Source: Calditrichaceae bacterium
Lineage (GTDB): Bacteria > Calditrichota > Calditrichia > Calditrichales > JBFXGD01
Reading direction: 5' to 3'
Assembly (NCBI GenBank): GCA_050173015.1
Contig: JBFXLE010000004.1
Span: forward strand, 192,001-256,000
Length of the DNA stretch: 64,000 nucleotides
The notes below the pieces were generated by a model. The model had not been told where the DNA came from. It saw nothing but the letters and a program-made list of their open reading frames with translations, and did no database searches. Each line of letters begins with the position of its first letter. Position 1 is the stretch's first letter. This document shows positions 61,471 through 64,000 of the stretch, in pieces. Made by a program: the position numbers and the translations under genes.

Positions 61471-62223
61471 ATGGCTTCATCAGAAAACGGTATCTGGAAT
61501 GAATCCTTCAAAGTTAGGGCTTATGAAGTGGACCCGACCGGCAGAGCGACGATTCAATCCATCTGCAATTATTTTCAGGAAACAGCCGGAAATCACGCGT
61601 CGGACCTGGGTGTGTCGGTCGATACGCTGATCAAAAAAGGTTTGACCTGGGTGTTGTCAAGGCTGCATGTACAAGTCACCAAATATCCTTTCTGGCGGCA
61701 GGATGTACGTCTGGAAACCTGGCCTTCGGGTTTGGACCATTTGTATGCCACACGCGATTTTAAATTATTCAACGAAGCCGGTCAGCTGATCAGTATAGGG
61801 ACCAGTTCGTGGATGTTGCTTGATATCGCCGCGCGAAAACCGATCCGGATGCCTGATTTTATGAAGGAGATCAGAAAAAACACCGGCGGAAGGGCTTTGC
61901 CTGACGACTTTGACAAATTACCGCAAATGGAACGGACGGATCATGAAACCCTGTTTAATGTCAGGTTGAGTGATTTGGATATGAATCAGCATGTCAACAA
62001 TGTAAATTATATTGAGTGGGGACTTGAATCGGTTCCCACAGAGTTCCGGGACACGCGTCATCTTGCCGGCATGGAAGTGAGCTTTCGCGCTGAAAGCGTT
62101 TATGGTGACCGGGTGATTTCCAGAAGTGAAATACGTGATGAGAACACTCTGATTCACCGGCTGATTCGGGAAGGGGATGAAAGGGAACTGGCACAGATGC
62201 GTACCAAATGGATCAAAAAATAG
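61471..62223 (+). CDS. Acyl-ACP thioesterase
   Basis: VRAYEVD, FQE.A..H, WVLSR, ETW, DLDMNQHVNN..Y. Confidence 0.9.
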   Translation: MASSENGIWNESFKVRAYEVDPTGRATIQSICNYFQETAGNHASDLGVSVDTLIKKGLTWVLSRLHVQVTKYPFWRQDVRLETWPSGLDHLYATRDFKLFNEAGQLISIGTSSWMLLDIAARKPIRMPDFMKEIRKNTGGRALPDDFDKLPQMERTDHETLFNVRLSDLDMNQHVNNVNYIEWGLESVPTEFRDTRHLAGMEVSFRAESVYGDRVISRSEIRDENTLIHRLIREGDERELAQMRTKWIKK

Positions 62224-62225
62224 AC

Positions 62226-62266
62226 AAAAAAATCCCCCGCGGATTATTGTCCGTGGGGGATTAAAA
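62226..62266. terminator. Hairpin terminator between convergent genes
   Basis: aatcccccgcgga...tccgtgggggatt flanked by A runs. Confidence 0.8.
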
Positions 62267-62279
62267 TGCATAAAACCTG

Positions 62280-63464
62280 TCAGATTAAATTGAGCGCCTG
62301 ATCAAGGTCTGCCATAATTTCTTCCATGTCTTCAACGCCCACAGAAAGCCGAACAAGCCCGTCTGTAATTCCTGCCTGCTGCCTTAATTCAGGAGACATC
62401 CCCGCGTGTGTCATGGACGCCGGATGTTGGATAAGGGTTTCAACGCCGCCGAGACTTACAGCCAACTGGCATAAATGTACATTATTCATAACCGTTTTTC
62501 CGCCTTCAATCCCGCCGGTAACCTCAAAACTTATCATCGCGCTGAAATCACTCATCTGCTTCTTTGCGAGTTCATGCTGCGGATGGGATTTTAATCCGGG
62601 ATACAAAACTTTTTGCACCTTTGGGTGAGATTCGAGAAATTCGGCAATTCTGCGCGCGTTCCTTGAATGACGTTCCATACGCATGGCGAGTGTCTTGATG
62701 CCCCGGTGAACGAGAAAAGAATTCATCGGATCCAGCACGCCGCCGGTAAGATTGAGTGTTCCCCTAAGTTTTAGATAGCTTTCTTCGGTATCGGTGACGA
62801 TCATACCCGCCACCACATCGGCGTGGCCATTCAGAAATTTAGTCATGCTGTGCACAACGATATTGACTCCGTGTTTCAGGGGTTTTTGCAGAATAGGGCT
62901 GGCGAATGTGTTATCTACTACATGCAACGCTTTTATTTTTCGGGCGATTTCGCTGATTCCGGCCAGATCCGAGACACAAAGAGTGGGGTTGCCCGGGGTT
63001 TCGATATAGATCATCTTTGTGTTTGGTTTTACCGCGGCTTCCACAAGAGAAAGATCACTTGAATCAACGAAAGAGGTTTCCACCCCAAATTTCTCAAAAA
63101 GAGTGCTCAGGAGTGTTGTCGTAGGGCCGTAAACCGATTCGGAGCAGATCACATGATCGCCTTTTTGTAGATAGGCAGCGAAGACCGTGTGGATAGCCGC
63201 CATCCCGCTGGCGCAGGCAAGTCCCTTATGTCCCTGCTCAAGCTGAGCGACAGCATTCTCAAGCGCTTCGACCGTCGGATTGCTCATACGCGTGTAAATA
63301 TAGCCTTCTTCTTTTTTTGCGAAGAGCGCCGCGCCGTGATCGGTGTTTTTAAATTTAAAAGTGGATGTCTGATAAATTGGTGTCGCTACCGCGAGATGTT
63401 CATTATCGGTCATGCCGGCATGAACGCTTTTAGTGGCGTCGGTGTAATTCATGTCAGTTTTCAA
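62280..63464 (-). CDS. PLP-dependent trans-sulfuration enzyme (methionine gamma-lyase/cystathionine gamma-synthase family)
   Basis: PIYQTSTF, YTRMSNPT, ASGMAA, ETPGNP, VDNTF, HSMTKFLNGH.D, VSLGG.E. Confidence 0.95.
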   Translation of the reverse strand: MKTDMNYTDATKSVHAGMTDNEHLAVATPIYQTSTFKFKNTDHGAALFAKKEEGYIYTRMSNPTVEALENAVAQLEQGHKGLACASGMAAIHTVFAAYLQKGDHVICSESVYGPTTTLLSTLFEKFGVETSFVDSSDLSLVEAAVKPNTKMIYIETPGNPTLCVSDLAGISEIARKIKALHVVDNTFASPILQKPLKHGVNIVVHSMTKFLNGHADVVAGMIVTDTEESYLKLRGTLNLTGGVLDPMNSFLVHRGIKTLAMRMERHSRNARRIAEFLESHPKVQKVLYPGLKSHPQHELAKKQMSDFSAMISFEVTGGIEGGKTVMNNVHLCQLAVSLGGVETLIQHPASMTHAGMSPELRQQAGITDGLVRLSVGVEDMEEIMADLDQALNLI

Positions 63465-63560
63465 AATGTCTCCTCAATATTTCAAGGTTCGAAGTTATAA
63501 TTCTGTCGCCTCTAATATAAGGAATAAATTCACTTAATATAAACCTTTTTCAGGAATGGA

Positions 63561-63660
63561 AAAGTAGGAAGTAAGAAGTGAGAAGTAGGAAGTAAGAAGT
63601 AAGAAGTAGGAAGGAAGAATTAAGAAAAAAGATAAAAGACAAAAGAATAAAGATTTAAGA
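63561..63660. repeat. Heptamer tandem repeats (AAGTAGG/AAGTAAG type)
   Basis: aagtagg aagtaag aagtgag aagtagg aagtaag aagtaag aagtagg; same family at ~2620, 3060, 4885, 17228, 19780. Confidence 0.85.
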
Positions 63661-64000
63661 ATTGGAAATGGGGGTATGGGGTGTGTGGCAGAATTGGAAT
63701 AGAAAAAAAGATAAAATATGGCCGCGGCAAAGGAGTCAGTTAGTTACGGGACGTTTCAGTGGTATAGAAATCAGTATTCTTTGGTAAAAAATAATTGGTG
63801 TTCCGGCCGAAATCCTGTGTAAAGCATGGAATAAAAATATTATGATAGGTTGAAAATAAACAATTTGCCATAATTGGAATGTGGCGTTTTTTTGTATAAT
63901 TATAAATGTTGATGCATATATAAAACATGGATAGGTAAGTTACATAAATTCAATAATTTAATTAGTGGGGGGTTGTCTCCGATAATGGTTGCTTTTGTTT

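Noticed and set aside
44457-62223. Rhodopsin gene linked to the carotenoid cluster
   Set aside because: No 7-TM ORF with a retinal-binding DxxxK helix; the hydrophobic ORFs match CrtY, CruF and CrtW.

Overview
Bacterial chromosomal window of moderately low GC. Secreted proteins ending in NYPNPFNP-type (FlgD/T9SS-A-like) domains and a short SigA suggest an FCB-group or Calditrichota/KSB1-like organism (inference). The left two-thirds holds mostly minus-strand accessory genes separated by composite non-coding repeats: a 3x ~445-bp tandem array, GTAG-type REP-like hairpins, heptamer runs and a structured element family. It also holds an integrase-less attC cassette array (11.2-15.8 kb) interleaved with a duplicated ~0.8-kb non-coding block, an nhaA pseudogene, an XRE/ImmA pair with a clear operator, a Crp/Fnr-HMA-P1B-ATPase-DUF6448 unit with twin FNR-like boxes, and a selenocysteine peroxiredoxin-like gene split by the ORF caller at UGA. 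The most striking locus is 44.5-62.2 kb. There a B12-binding CarH/LitR-like regulator faces away from a tightly coupled operon for a keto-carotenoid acyl-glycoside (crtY, crtD, crtI x2, crtB, acyltransferase, GT2, cruF, crtW). That operon unexpectedly embeds two paralogous TonB-dependent receptors and a carotenoid-cleavage oxygenase. No rRNA, tRNA or CRISPR array was seen. All calls are from motif recognition by eye; no searches were run.
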